A DNA stretch of 64,000 nt. Source: an uncultured Candidatus Entotheonella sp. Lineage in GTDB: Bacteria > Tectomicrobia > Entotheonellia > Entotheonellales > Entotheonellaceae. This document shows, in pieces, positions 1-10,500 of the stretch. How positions within the stretch are numbered: the stretch's first letter is position 1; each line of letters starts with the position of its first letter. Both the position numbers and the translations under genes were made by a program. Below the pieces are notes generated by a model. That model searched no databases and was not told the DNA's origin. It was given only the letters and a program-made list of their open reading frames with translations. Location of the stretch: the NCBI GenBank assembly GCA_965215335.1, contig CBDCDA010000001.1, positions 1,824,001 to 1,888,000 of the forward strand, in the 5' to 3' direction.

Positions 1-214
1 CGACGCGGAAGAAGGTGAACTGGTAGCCGAAGCGTCGCCCGTCTTCGGCCTGCAGGTGACCGGTGAAGTACCACCACTCCGTTTTGTAACCCGCGTGCGC
101 CCAGTGGTCGCGGGGGAACGACCAGGCATAGTTCGGCTGCGCCGGTTTCCAGTCGTTGGCCGCCGTCGGATTCAAGGCGCCGAGCATCAGCAATACGATG
201 AGCGTCCGTTTCAT
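1..214 (-). CDS. AttH/CrtC-like lipocalin-domain secreted protein (5' part only, truncated by window edge)
   Basis: Not in the ORF track. Manual translation from ATG at 214: [71 protein letters not shown]. Signal peptide plus [22 protein letters not shown] motif; AAGGAGG RBS upstream; follows the ABC permease. Confidence 0.85.
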   Translation of the reverse strand, partial: MKRTLIVLLMLGALNPTAANDWKPAQPNYAWSFPRDHWAHAGYKTEWWYFTGHLQAEDGRRFGYQFTFFRV

Positions 215-232
215 CGTTCATCCTCCTTGCCG

Positions 233-2764
233 TTACAAATCGTCCCGGCTCAACGCCCCTGCGCGGGTCTGCCGGGCGCGAAACGCCGGATACAGACTCG
301 CCAACACGGCGGCGCCGAGGATGGTTGCCGCCTGCCGAGCGATGAGGCCCCAGTCCACGTACGGCTGAATCGTCCAGCCAAAATAAGCGCGGTTGATGAC
401 GTAAATCAGCAGCCCGGCCAGCAATACCCCGCCGATGCCGCCCAGCACGAGGCCCATGACGCCCATGCTCAGGCCCTTGCCCACGAAAACGCCGAAGAGT
501 TGCCGTCCTCTGGCGCCGAGCGAGCGGCACAGCGCCAATTCCGAGACCTGCTCGCGCGCCAGCACCAGCAGCATGAGGGCGATGCCGCAGACGGCGATGA
601 GCAGGCTCATGAATTGCAGCAGGCGCGTGATGGCAAACGTCTGGTCGAAGATGGCCAGCACCTCCGCGCGCAGGCGGCGGTTGCTCCGCACCTCGAGGGG
701 CGCGCCCGGCAGCGCGGCCCGTAGCTCTGCCGTCACGACGGCTGCGTCGGTGCCGGGCCGTAGATACAGGGCGGTGCTGCTGACAGGACCCGGGCCAAAC
801 GCCTGCTCCATGCCGTGCAGGTCCATGGCCACGGCGCCGTCACCGGCGCTGTAATCGTAATACACGGCGACGACAGGAAAATCCCGCACCCCGGTCGGCG
901 TGTGAATAGACAGCGTATCGCCAACCCACAAACCGGCCTTCCGAGCAAGGGTCTCACCGATGAAAACGCCGCGGCGCTCGCGCACCGCATCGTACGGGTC
1001 CGGCAATGCGCCGGGCAGGAAGGGAAAACGGCCAAGTCCCTGCGCCAAGCCCATTTCGACGCCGGAAATGGTGATGCGCCGGTCGCCCGTATAGCCGTGA
1101 AAACGGCGCAGCCGGTCGCTGGCCTGCACCGCCGGGTGGCTCGTTACGACGGCTATGACGTGCGGCTCCAGGCCGCCGTCGCTCCCGGTACCGCGCCACG
1201 AAGCCGGGGCGATGTACACGTCCGCCTGAATCGAGGTGCCGATCCACACGCTGAGGGTCTGGCGGAAGCTGCCGATCATCAGGGTGATGCCCAGCAGCAT
1301 GCTGACCGCCACCGCCAACGACGCCACCGCCACCGAGGTCGTTTGCAGCCGCACGCCGAGCCCTTTCAGGCTGTAGCCGAGGCCGAAGCCCCGCACCCGA
1401 ACGCGGGCGCACAGTTCGCGCACCAGCAGCGGGGTGAGTAGCGGCAGGGTGAGCAGCAGCACCACGGCGAGCACGAAGCCGGCGTGCTGCCAGTGGCGGC
1501 CGTGCAGGCCGTACCAGGCGGCGGCCGCCAGCGGCAGGGCCACGCCGAAGCCGAACAGGCGCGGTGCCAGACTGCCGACCGTTTCGTGCAGCGTGAAGGC
1601 CGACAGCAGCGCCCGGGTATCACGGCGCGCCATGTCGAGGGCGGGTAGCAGCGCCCCGACTACGGCGCCCCCGACACCAATGACGATGCCGAGCGCATAC
1701 AGCCACGTCGTCATCTCCAGGCGGGCGATCTCTTCCAGCAGGTAGAGATTGCTGAGGGTGGCGCTGACCAGGCGCACGTTGGCCTGCGCCACGCCATAAC
1801 CCAGCGGCAGGCCGAGGGCGGCACCGAGGCTGCCGAGCAGGCCGACCTCGGTGATGATGAGCGCAAACACCTGGTGCCGCGTGGCGCCCAGCGAACGCAG
1901 CAGGCCGAATTCCTCGCGCCGCCGCACCAGGGCCGCCTGGGTGCTGCTGTACACGAGGAACACGCCGACGAACAGGCTGATGAGGCTGAGCGCGGTGAGA
2001 TTGAGCTGAAACGCCGACAGCAGGCCCTTGGCCTGCGTTTCCCGCTGTTCCGGCGTCACCACCCGCACGCCCGGGCCGAGATGCTCTTGCAGGCGCGCCT
2101 GCATGGCGGCGGAGTCGGCGCCGTCGGCGAGCTTGACGTCGATCTGATGGATGGCGCCGGCGTCGCCGAACAGGCTCTGTGCCTGGGCGATGTCCATGAC
2201 CGCCAGCCTGGGGCTGGCCAGCGGATTAAGGGCGTGAAAATCGACCAGCGCGCCGACCGTCAGACGCACCAGGCGGGAGCCCCATGACACCGTGAAGGCG
2301 TCGCCGATGCGCCAGCCCATGTGCGCGGCCAGGAGCGGCGTCAGGGCCACCCAGCCCGGCTGGCTGAGGGCCACCGCCGGGTCACCCGGCTCGCCCTGCC
2401 AGGGGATATCGACCGGGGTGAAAAAATCGACGCCGATGAGGTCGAGCACGCCGGCCTCGTTGCCGGACAAGGCCGCCGCGACGCGCCACAGCGGCCACGC
2501 GGCCTGTACGCCTGGCGTGGACAGGACGCGCGGGTAGAGGTCTTCGGAGAAACTCGGCGTGTAGCCGAGCACGCTGAGGTCGGCCTCGCCGCTGACTGCC
2601 TTGACGCTGCCCGCGAAGGCGGCGATGGCGTTGCGGTTGATGATCTGGATCGACAGTACCGCGGCGACGCCGAGGGCGACGCCCAGGATGGTGAGCAGGT
2701 CCACGCCGACCCTGCCGCCGGCTCGCAGGCGGGCCGCCATGGCGCTGACGAAATAGCGTCGCAT
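233..2764 (-). CDS. ABC transporter permease, FtsX/MacB-like, duplicated (AttF/AttG type)
   Basis: 843 aa with two TM blocks and two periplasmic domains; RRREEFGLLRSLGATR and RSLGARGRQL motifs. Confidence 0.9.
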   Translation of the reverse strand: MRRYFVSAMAARLRAGGRVGVDLLTILGVALGVAAVLSIQIINRNAIAAFAGSVKAVSGEADLSVLGYTPSFSEDLYPRVLSTPGVQAAWPLWRVAAALSGNEAGVLDLIGVDFFTPVDIPWQGEPGDPAVALSQPGWVALTPLLAAHMGWRIGDAFTVSWGSRLVRLTVGALVDFHALNPLASPRLAVMDIAQAQSLFGDAGAIHQIDVKLADGADSAAMQARLQEHLGPGVRVVTPEQRETQAKGLLSAFQLNLTALSLISLFVGVFLVYSSTQAALVRRREEFGLLRSLGATRHQVFALIITEVGLLGSLGAALGLPLGYGVAQANVRLVSATLSNLYLLEEIARLEMTTWLYALGIVIGVGGAVVGALLPALDMARRDTRALLSAFTLHETVGSLAPRLFGFGVALPLAAAAWYGLHGRHWQHAGFVLAVVLLLTLPLLTPLLVRELCARVRVRGFGLGYSLKGLGVRLQTTSVAVASLAVAVSMLLGITLMIGSFRQTLSVWIGTSIQADVYIAPASWRGTGSDGGLEPHVIAVVTSHPAVQASDRLRRFHGYTGDRRITISGVEMGLAQGLGRFPFLPGALPDPYDAVRERRGVFIGETLARKAGLWVGDTLSIHTPTGVRDFPVVAVYYDYSAGDGAVAMDLHGMEQAFGPGPVSSTALYLRPGTDAAVVTAELRAALPGAPLEVRSNRRLRAEVLAIFDQTFAITRLLQFMSLLIAVCGIALMLLVLAREQVSELALCRSLGARGRQLFGVFVGKGLSMGVMGLVLGGIGGVLLAGLLIYVINRAYFGWTIQPYVDWGLIARQAATILGAAVLASLYPAFRARQTRAGALSRDDL

Positions 2765-3502
2765 CAGGAGGGGTCGTGGGCCGCGGGCGCCTCGGCGTGT
2801 GGGCTCAGGACGCCGCTGTGCAGGCGCCAGACCTCGTCCGCCAGGCCGGACACCTCGCGGCTGTGGGTCACGAAGATGAGCGTGGCGCCTTCTTCGGCGA
2901 CGAGCGACAGCATCAATTCCATGACGCGCCAGCCGTTGTCGTCGTCGAGATTGCCGGTCGGCTCATCGGCGAGCAGCAGGTGGGGGCCGGCGCAGCAGGG
3001 CGCGGCAGATGGCGACGCGCTGCATCTCGCCGCCGGAGAGTTTTTGCACCCGCTCGTGGACGCGGTCGCTCAGGCCGACGCGATCGAGAAGCTGCGCCAC
3101 GCGGGGCTCGAACTGGCGTGGTTTGTCGCCGGCGATGAAGGCCGGCAGGGCGACGTTGTCGTGCACCGACAAGTGCGGCATGAGGTAGAAGAACTGAAAG
3201 ACGAGGCCGACGTGGTCGCGCCGCAGGGCGGTGCGGGCGGTTTCGGACAGGGCGGCCAGGGAGCGGCCCATCACCCGGACGCCGCCGCGGGTGGGCACGT
3301 CGATGCCGGCGGCGAGGTGCAGCAGGGTGGATTTGCCGCTGCCGCTGCGCCCCACGATGGCGATGCGGCGGCCCGCCGGCGCCGCGAATGACACGTCGTG
3401 CAGAACGTGCCGCTGCTCGCCGCCGGGGGCTGCGTAAGCCTTACTCACGGCGTCGAACGCGAGGACGGCTGTCGAGATGTCTGCCACGGGCTGGCTTTCC
3501 AT
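2764..3502 (-). pseudogene. ABC transporter ATP-binding subunit (LolD/AttE-like) with a +1 frameshift; pseudogene or sequencing error
   Basis: Walker A GRSGSGKST and LSGGEMQRVAI are in one frame. LLLADEPTGNLD and FVTH continue in another frame after the G5 run at 2982-2986. The repaired frame stops at a TGA overlapping the permease ATG. Confidence 0.85.
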
Positions 3503-3520
3503 GCGAGACGGGCGCTCGGG

Positions 3521-4576
3521 TCACGGGTAGCAGGCGTAGACAAGGTTCATCTGGTCGTGTGGGTCGGCCACCTCGACGCGGGCGAATCCCGCCTCGGCGA
3601 GCATGCGGCGGGCCAGTTGCTCGCCCCACACGGTGCCGAGCCCGGCGCCGCCGTGGGCCAGCGAGACGGTCATGCAGTGCATCACGCTGACCGCGTAGAG
3701 GGCGGGCGCAGCGGGCGCGCCGATGTTGTCGGCGAGATGACTGGAGGCTTTGATGTCGAGCATCAGAAACGCGCCGTCGGGAGCCAGGGCGGCGCGGATG
3801 CGGTTCAGCACGCCCTGGGGATCGACCTGGTCGTGGATGGCGTCAAACGCGGTAATCAGGTCGAACTTCGGCTCCGTCGGGAAGTGCCGCACGTCCTGCA
3901 CCTGGAAGCTGGCGTTGTTCAGGCCGTAGGTCTGGGCCTCGTGGCGGGCGCTGGCGATGGCGTCCTGGCCGATGTCGTAGCCGACGAACGTCGAGGCGGG
4001 GAAGGCTTGCGCCATCAGGTTGGCAGCGTGGCCGGTGCCGCAGCCGACGTCGCAGGCGCGCAGGCCGCGGCTGAGTCGCTCCGTGAGGCCGGGCACCGCT
4101 GGGAGGTAGTTGCTGAGCAAAAAGCGGTCGTGCCGGCGGCGGCTGCCGAGGTTCTGGAAGGTGGTGAAATCGGGCCGAAAAGCGGTATAGGGCACACCGC
4201 CGCCATGCTTGAAGGCTTCGGTAACGCCAGGCAGGTGCTTGGTGAACAGCACGGTACGGTGGGCGAAGGCAGTCACGTTGTCGATGCCGCTGAGCAGGCT
4301 GGCGTGTTCGGGCGGTAGGGTGTAGGCGAGAGTGTCGGCGTCGTATTCGAAGATGCCGCCGGTGACCATGGCCCCGAGCCACTCGCGCACGTAGCGTTCC
4401 TGCAGGCCGGCGCGTTCGGCGAGTTGCTGGCTGCTGGCCGGGCCCTGGGCGGCGGCGTCGAAAAGACCGAGGTCGTCGCCGATCTTCAGCATCAGGTTGA
4501 GCATGCCGCCGTTGTTGATGCCCGCCAGGGTATGCCGAAAGGTGCGTAGCTTCTGCTCATCGAGGTCCGCTGCCAT
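3521..4576 (-). CDS. Class I SAM-dependent methyltransferase with N-terminal winged helix (Rv2258c-like)
   Basis: LAERAGLQERYVREWL, DVGCGTG, FDAIHD, HCMTVSLAHGGAGLGTVWG; start placed at MAADLDEQ. Confidence 0.85.
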   Translation of the reverse strand: MAADLDEQKLRTFRHTLAGINNGGMLNLMLKIGDDLGLFDAAAQGPASSQQLAERAGLQERYVREWLGAMVTGGIFEYDADTLAYTLPPEHASLLSGIDNVTAFAHRTVLFTKHLPGVTEAFKHGGGVPYTAFRPDFTTFQNLGSRRRHDRFLLSNYLPAVPGLTERLSRGLRACDVGCGTGHAANLMAQAFPASTFVGYDIGQDAIASARHEAQTYGLNNASFQVQDVRHFPTEPKFDLITAFDAIHDQVDPQGVLNRIRAALAPDGAFLMLDIKASSHLADNIGAPAAPALYAVSVMHCMTVSLAHGGAGLGTVWGEQLARRMLAEAGFARVEVADPHDQMNLVYACYP

Positions 4577-4809
4577 TGCCTGTCTCCCTTTGGTTGTCGT
4601 GCCGTTCGGGTACGCCTGTCGAGAGGGCGAGTATCGACGATCAGCGGGCAGAAGACAAGACCAAGTCACGCTGGGAGGGTGGTACGGGCGGTGGACGGGA
4701 AGCGGCAAGTGCGGTAATAATGTCTCGCCGATTGGCGTACTGCGGAATGCCGGATGACACTGTGTAATCCGACCTGCTTTAATCCACCCAAAGAGACGGG
4801 AATCAAAAA

Positions 4810-5559
4810 ATGAGTGGGGGTTACGATATCGAGTTTTTCTGGGATCCGGTATGCCCCTTCGCGTGGATCACCTCGCGGTGGGTGGAGAAGGTGGCGACAC
4901 GGACGGGCTATCGGGTGGACTGGCGTTTCATCTCGCTGCGGCTGCTGAACAAACACAAGGACTACGCGACCGAGTTCCCGCCCGATTACGAGCACTTTCA
5001 CGGCGCCGGGCTGCGCATGCTGCGGGTTGCCGCCATGGTGCGGGCCGAGTTGGGCCGCGAGCACATGGGGCCGCTATATGCGGCGTATGGCCAAGCCTAC
5101 TGGGAGCAAGAAAAGGGCTCGGGCATGCGCCGGCGGTTGGGCACCGCAGCGCACGTCAGCGATACCCTGGCGGCCGCCGGGTTGCCCACGACGTTCGCCG
5201 CCGCGGCTGACGACACCGGCCGGGACGCGGAGCTGGAAGCCGAGACCGAGCTGGCGCTCAGCCGCACCGGACGCGACGTCGGCACCCCCGTTATCACCTT
5301 CGAGCCGCCCGACGGACCGTCGTTCTTCGGCCCGGTGATCTCGCGCGTGCCCAGCGATGCGGACGCCGTGACGCTGTGGAACGCGGTCATCACCCTGGCG
5401 CGGTTTCCCGGCTTTGCCGAACTCAAACGCAGTCTGCGCGAGGTGCCGCAACTGCGCCTGCTGGGCGCGCTCAGCAACACCCCGGAACAGGAGGACTGGC
5501 AGGGCGGCCGCCGCGCCGCCCTGCCGGACGTGCGGAACGAGGGGAAGGACAAGGAGTGA
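4810..5559 (+). CDS. DsbA-like thioredoxin-fold protein (Rv2466c / mycothiol-dependent reductase family)
   Basis: FFWDPVCPFAWITSRW, DVGTPVI, FFGPVISRVP, GFAELKRS. Confidence 0.8.
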   Translation: MSGGYDIEFFWDPVCPFAWITSRWVEKVATRTGYRVDWRFISLRLLNKHKDYATEFPPDYEHFHGAGLRMLRVAAMVRAELGREHMGPLYAAYGQAYWEQEKGSGMRRRLGTAAHVSDTLAAAGLPTTFAAAADDTGRDAELEAETELALSRTGRDVGTPVITFEPPDGPSFFGPVISRVPSDADAVTLWNAVITLARFPGFAELKRSLREVPQLRLLGALSNTPEQEDWQGGRRAALPDVRNEGKDKE

Positions 5560-5563
5560 CGCC

Positions 5564-6199
5564 ATGGCCGTGTCGACGAGCAACATGACGGTCGCGGAGC
5601 TGCTGGAACGCTTTGGTCCGATGCCCGCCGAGCGCATCCGTACGAACCCGCCGCCGGGCACCGCCACCGAGCAGGACGTGATTGACATCGAGAAGCGGGA
5701 GTCCCGCCTGTGCGAACTGGTGGACGGCGTTCTGGTGGAGAAGACGATAGGTTATTACGAATCGTATCTGGCCTTGCGATTGGGTCATTTTCTCGCCGGA
5801 TTCGTCGAACGGCATCGTCTGGGGGTCGTTGTCGGCGCCGATGGCATGATGCGTTTGGCAGCGGGTCTCGTCCGCATTCCTGACGTTTCGTTCGTCTCAT
5901 GGAACCAGCTTCCCGGGCACCGTGTTCCACGAGTGCCGATTGCCGATTTGGCGCCGGATTTGGCAGTAGAGGTGATCAGTCCGAGTAACACCAGCCGCGA
6001 AATGGAGCGGAAGCTCCAGGATTTCCTGGCCGCCGGCGTGCGGCTGGTGTGGTACGTGCTGCCGGAGCCGCAGGAAATCCACGTGTACACGGCTGGCCGG
6101 CACGACGTTTTGACGATTGGCCAGGAGCTTTCCGGCGGCGACGTGCTGCCGGGATTTGTGCTGCCGCTGTGGCGGCTGTTTGAAGAATCGGAGGCGTAG
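5564..6199 (+). CDS. Uma2 family (DUF820) putative endonuclease
   Basis: CELVDGVLVEK, RIPDVSFV, APDLAVEVISPS, AGVRLVW, DVLPGF; AAGGAG RBS before ATG 5564. Confidence 0.9.
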   Translation: MAVSTSNMTVAELLERFGPMPAERIRTNPPPGTATEQDVIDIEKRESRLCELVDGVLVEKTIGYYESYLALRLGHFLAGFVERHRLGVVVGADGMMRLAAGLVRIPDVSFVSWNQLPGHRVPRVPIADLAPDLAVEVISPSNTSREMERKLQDFLAAGVRLVWYVLPEPQEIHVYTAGRHDVLTIGQELSGGDVLPGFVLPLWRLFEESEA

Positions 6200-6202
6200 G
6201 CG

Positions 6203-7057
6203 ATGCAGGCTGGAACGTTGGGTGTCTGGTACGGTGCCGACAAGCTGGAACCGGCGCAGTGGATCGACTTCGTAACGACGGTGGAGCGGCTGGGCTACGA
6301 TACGCAGTGGTATTCCGAGGCGATGGGGTTCGAATCCATGGCGTTCGGGAGCTTTCTGCTGGCCCATACGCAGCGGCTGAAAATCGGCAGCTCGATTGCC
6401 AACATCTATGCCCGCGACGCCGTGGCCTCGCGCAACGGGCTGAAAACGCTGGGACGCATCTCGAACGACCGCTACGTGCTGGGTCTGGGGGTCTCGCACG
6501 TGCCGCTGGTGGAGCACTTTCGCGGCCACACATATGGCAAGCCGGTGGCCGCCATGCGCCACTACCTCGAACAGATGCGCGCCGAGCAGCCCGACGCCGA
6601 TACGTGGCCGGTGGTCATCGCGGCGCTGGGACCGCGCATGCTGGAGCTGGCTGCCGAACTGACCCAGGGCGCCATTCCCTACAACGTAACGCCCGAGCAT
6701 ACCGCACAGGCGCGCGCGGTTCTCGGCCCCGACAAATGGCTGGCGGTGGAACAGAAATTCTGCCTGGAGAGCGATCCCGACAAGGCGTTGGAACTGGCAC
6801 GTGCGGAACTGTCGCGCTACATGGTGCTGCCCAACTACGCCAACAACTGGCGGCGCCTCGGCTTCAGCGCAGACATCCAGGACGGTGGTAACGCCCGCTT
6901 CCTGAACGCCATGGTCGTGTGGGGCGACGAGGCTGCCGTCCGCGCCCGCGTCCGGGAGCACTTCGACGCCGGCGCCACGCAAGTCTGCCTCCAACCCGTC
7001 CATCCCCAGGGCGACCTTGCCAGCGCCAAGGCGATGCTCACCGCACTGGCGCCGTAG
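6203..7057 (+). CDS. LLM-class (probably F420-dependent) oxidoreductase
   Basis: IANIYARD, LGLGVSH, AALGPRML, EHFDAGA. Confidence 0.85.
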   Translation: MQAGTLGVWYGADKLEPAQWIDFVTTVERLGYDTQWYSEAMGFESMAFGSFLLAHTQRLKIGSSIANIYARDAVASRNGLKTLGRISNDRYVLGLGVSHVPLVEHFRGHTYGKPVAAMRHYLEQMRAEQPDADTWPVVIAALGPRMLELAAELTQGAIPYNVTPEHTAQARAVLGPDKWLAVEQKFCLESDPDKALELARAELSRYMVLPNYANNWRRLGFSADIQDGGNARFLNAMVVWGDEAAVRARVREHFDAGATQVCLQPVHPQGDLASAKAMLTALAP

Positions 7058-7061
7058 ATCC

Positions 7062-7373
7062 CTACCCGATACGTTTGAAAATGCTGTGTGAGCGGTTGGT
7101 CGTGTGTGGCCGGATTTTCGTCGGCCACTCGCCCTTCTCCGACTCGGTCAGCCAGGCGTCGCTGCTCGGCGTCTCCGGCGAGTCGATGTGATAAACGGCG
7201 GCATACCTGGCCATGCCCTCGGCATTGCTGGCCTCCAGCCGATAGCGGTCGCAGCCGTGCACCCCCGGCGCCTTCAGGATGTTGGGCACATGCTCCGTGT
7301 CGTACACCCGGTTGAATTCAGCCTCCATCTCCGCCGGAATATCCATCTGCACGAGATAAACGTAATCCGCCAT
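7062..7373 (-). CDS. Small dimeric alpha/beta-barrel protein (EthD/DUF4286-like)
   Basis: EAEFNRVYDTEHVPNILKAPGV; GGAGG RBS before ATG 7373. Confidence 0.7.
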   Translation of the reverse strand: MADYVYLVQMDIPAEMEAEFNRVYDTEHVPNILKAPGVHGCDRYRLEASNAEGMARYAAVYHIDSPETPSSDAWLTESEKGEWPTKIRPHTTNRSHSIFKRIG

Positions 7374-7504
7374 AGCGCCTCCGTGACCTTTCTGGCAGGT
7401 TGATTTGCTGGGAGTTACGGGCACTTCCTTGAGCACAGCCGAGCTTGGCGCGCCAAGGCCGACATGGTAACACCCATCTGGTACAGCAACAACAGCTTGA
7501 GCAA

Positions 7505-10500
7505 CGGGGTGTCAGTCGCTGTGCGGGGAGCACTTGGTCGCGCTCGGTTTGCGCCTGGGCCAGAGCGGTTCATCCCCGCCTGTGCGGGGAACACACTCGA
7601 GTCAGGCAACTTTCCACCAGTCAGGTCGGTTCATCCCCGCCTGTGCGGGGAACACGGAAATAGTGGAATCGCTGCATGATGGACCAGCGGTTCATCCCCG
7701 CCTGTGCGGGGAACACGCAGCAGTCGCCCGGCCACGGTCAGGTAGGGGCGGTTCATCCCCGCCTGTGCGGGGAACACGGTACAGGACTGGCTACCAGCCG
7801 GCGAGCTCGCGGTTCATCCCCGCCTGTGCGGGGAACACCACCTCGCCGCACGCCGCCCACGTCAATCCGGCGGTTCATCCCCGCCTGTGCGGGGAACACT
7901 CGAGAGGCACGGACCCGTTGTCGTACGAGCCCGGTTCATCCCCGCCTGTGCGGGGAACACGGCGTGTATTTCCCGGCGGCCATCTCGCATTTCGGTTCAT
8001 CCCCGCCTGTGCGGGGAACACCAAGTATTTTGCAGCATCCAGCAGCTGTAGCACGGTTCATCCCCGCCTGTGCGGGGAACACGCGGCGCGCATGAGCCGC
8101 GCCGTAACGTGCGGCGGTTCATCCCCGCCTGTGCGGGGAACACTTCAGGTTGACAAAGTCCCCACCCCGTGATACCGGTTCATCCCCGCCTGTGCGGGGA
8201 ACACTCCCCGATCGCGGCCCCTTCAGAATCATTGACCGGTTCATCCCCGCCTGTGCGGGGAACACCCTGGCCTGTCAGCGACGCCCGCGCTGCCGAGCGG
8301 TTCATCCCCGCCTGTGCGGGGAACACGCGGCGTGCAGTAGCTCGTGGGCGATTATCCCCGGTTCATCCCCGCCTGTGCGGGGAACACACCCGCCGGCCCA
8401 TGCGGAGGTAAACTGGAAACGGTTCATCCCCGCCTGTGCGGGGAACACGCGAGATGGAGAGGGACACCGGGGACCGTCCCGGTTCATCCCCGCCTGTGCG
8501 GGGAACACAAGGTGACGAAAATGTAGCGGGGCGCGAGATTCGGTTCATCCCCGCCTGTGCGGGGAACACTATCGCGTATTGGAGACCTGTTTGGCGCGCG
8601 GCGGTTCATCCCCGCCTGTGCGGGGAACACGAGGATAAAAGAGCGGTCCGACGCGGGTGCTCCGGTTCATCCCCGCCTGTGCGGGGAACACGCTCCTCAG
8701 ATCAGTTTCCCACGGGGTCAGACCGGTTCATCCCCGCCTGTGCGGGGAACACACAGTATCTCAGCTCCGGTAATCGGAACGCCCCGGTTCATCCCCGCCT
8801 GTGCGGGGAACACCCGCCGACAGCCTCGCTTTGTCGGTAATCAGGCGGTTCATCCCCGCCTGTGCGGGGAACACACGATACTGTTTTTCGTCTCCGACTC
8901 CCGTTCGGTTCATCCCCGCCTGTGCGGGGAACACTCGTTTGCGGCAGCGACCGCCTGCTCGTCCATCGGTTCATCCCCGCCTGTGCGGGGAACACCTTTC
9001 TGGTCCCGCGCCTCTGCGTTTTGACACCGGTTCATCCCCGCCTGTGCGGGGAACACCCAGGCATGGGTTCGCAATATAGCCCCATAAACGGTTCATCCCC
9101 GCCTGTGCGGGGAACACTCACGATTACAAAACAGCGCAAACAATCGTTCCGGTTCATCCCCGCCTGTGCGGGGAACACCTACGGTATCGACGGCGACGCC
9201 AAAACCGGGACGGTTCATCCCCGCCTGTGCGGGGAACACGAGAGCAGTTCCCGCAGCGTTCACCCCGATCACGGTTCATCCCCGCCTGTGCGGGGAACAC
9301 TTCACCGATGCGAATTCCGTACCCCAGAACGACGGTTCATCCCCGCCTGTGCGGGGAACACGTTCAATGGAATCGCGCCAGCAGAGGAAGATACGGTTCA
9401 TCCCCGCCTGTGCGGGGAACACGTCCAGGTCTGGAGCGGAATTTTGGCATATGACGGTTCATCCCCGCCTGTGCGGGGAACACGTGTTGTGCGGGGTCAT
9501 GCCTCAGTCGATGACCGGTTCATCCCCGCCTGTGCGGGGAACACTGCGGCCGCAGTTTCGCACGGGCCGGCCTGGTCGGTTCATCCCCGCCTGTGCGGGG
9601 AACACGCTGATCAACGGATTGGCCCTGTCGAGAGCTTCCGGTTCATCCCCGCCTGTGCGGGGAACACTTTCCGAGGGGTTATTCAGATCTGCATTATTGC
9701 GGTTCATCCCCGCCTGTGCGGGGAACACGACGATCGCCGCGAGAAGAATTACACCGTTTACGGTTCATCCCCGCCTGTGCGGGGAACACAAACACCAGTG
9801 CTGCATTCACAAGGTCCATGCCGGTTCATCCCCGCCTGTGCGGGGAACACATGACATGCCACGCGGAGCATGCCTTTGGTGACGGTTCATCCCCGCCTGT
9901 GCGGGGAACACACATGCCGCCATCTCTCCCACGTCGGCCCGGACGGTTCATCCCCGCCTGTGCGGGGAACACGCGCAGACTCAATTTGCCTGGCAATAGC
10001 CCGTCGGTTCATCCCCGCCTGTGCGGGGAACACGCACCCCGTCCGGCCCGCCGCGCCCGGCAGGCCGGTTCATCCCCGCCTGTGCGGGGAACACGGCGGG
10101 ACCGTCCGCCTCGGCCGTCCGCCGTAGAGGTTCATCCCCGCCTGTGCGGGGAACACACGGAGCACCCGCATCTGACCGTTCGTTTATTCGGTTCATCCCC
10201 GCCTGTGCGGGGAACACGTGCCGAGGCGGGGGCCTGGCTCCAGCTGTACCGGTTCATCCCCGCCTGTGCGGGGAACACTTCCCATGGGTCGGTTTCCCAC
10301 GGAGTCAGACCGGTTCATCCCCGCCTGTGCGGGGAACACGACGCCAAGTCTCTCAGACTCCACCCTTTTGCCGGTTCATCCCCGCCTGTGCGGGGAACAC
10401 GACCAGAAATTACATTTTCGTGATCTCGCCGCCGGTTCATCCCCGCCTGTGCGGGGAACACGGCGTCCATGATCATTTCGCCGTGTGTCACCACGGTTCA

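Noticed and set aside
7415..7504. HTH-like fragment (GVTMSALAR) beyond the trailer repeat
   Set aside because: Too short, with no start or RBS; cannot be assigned
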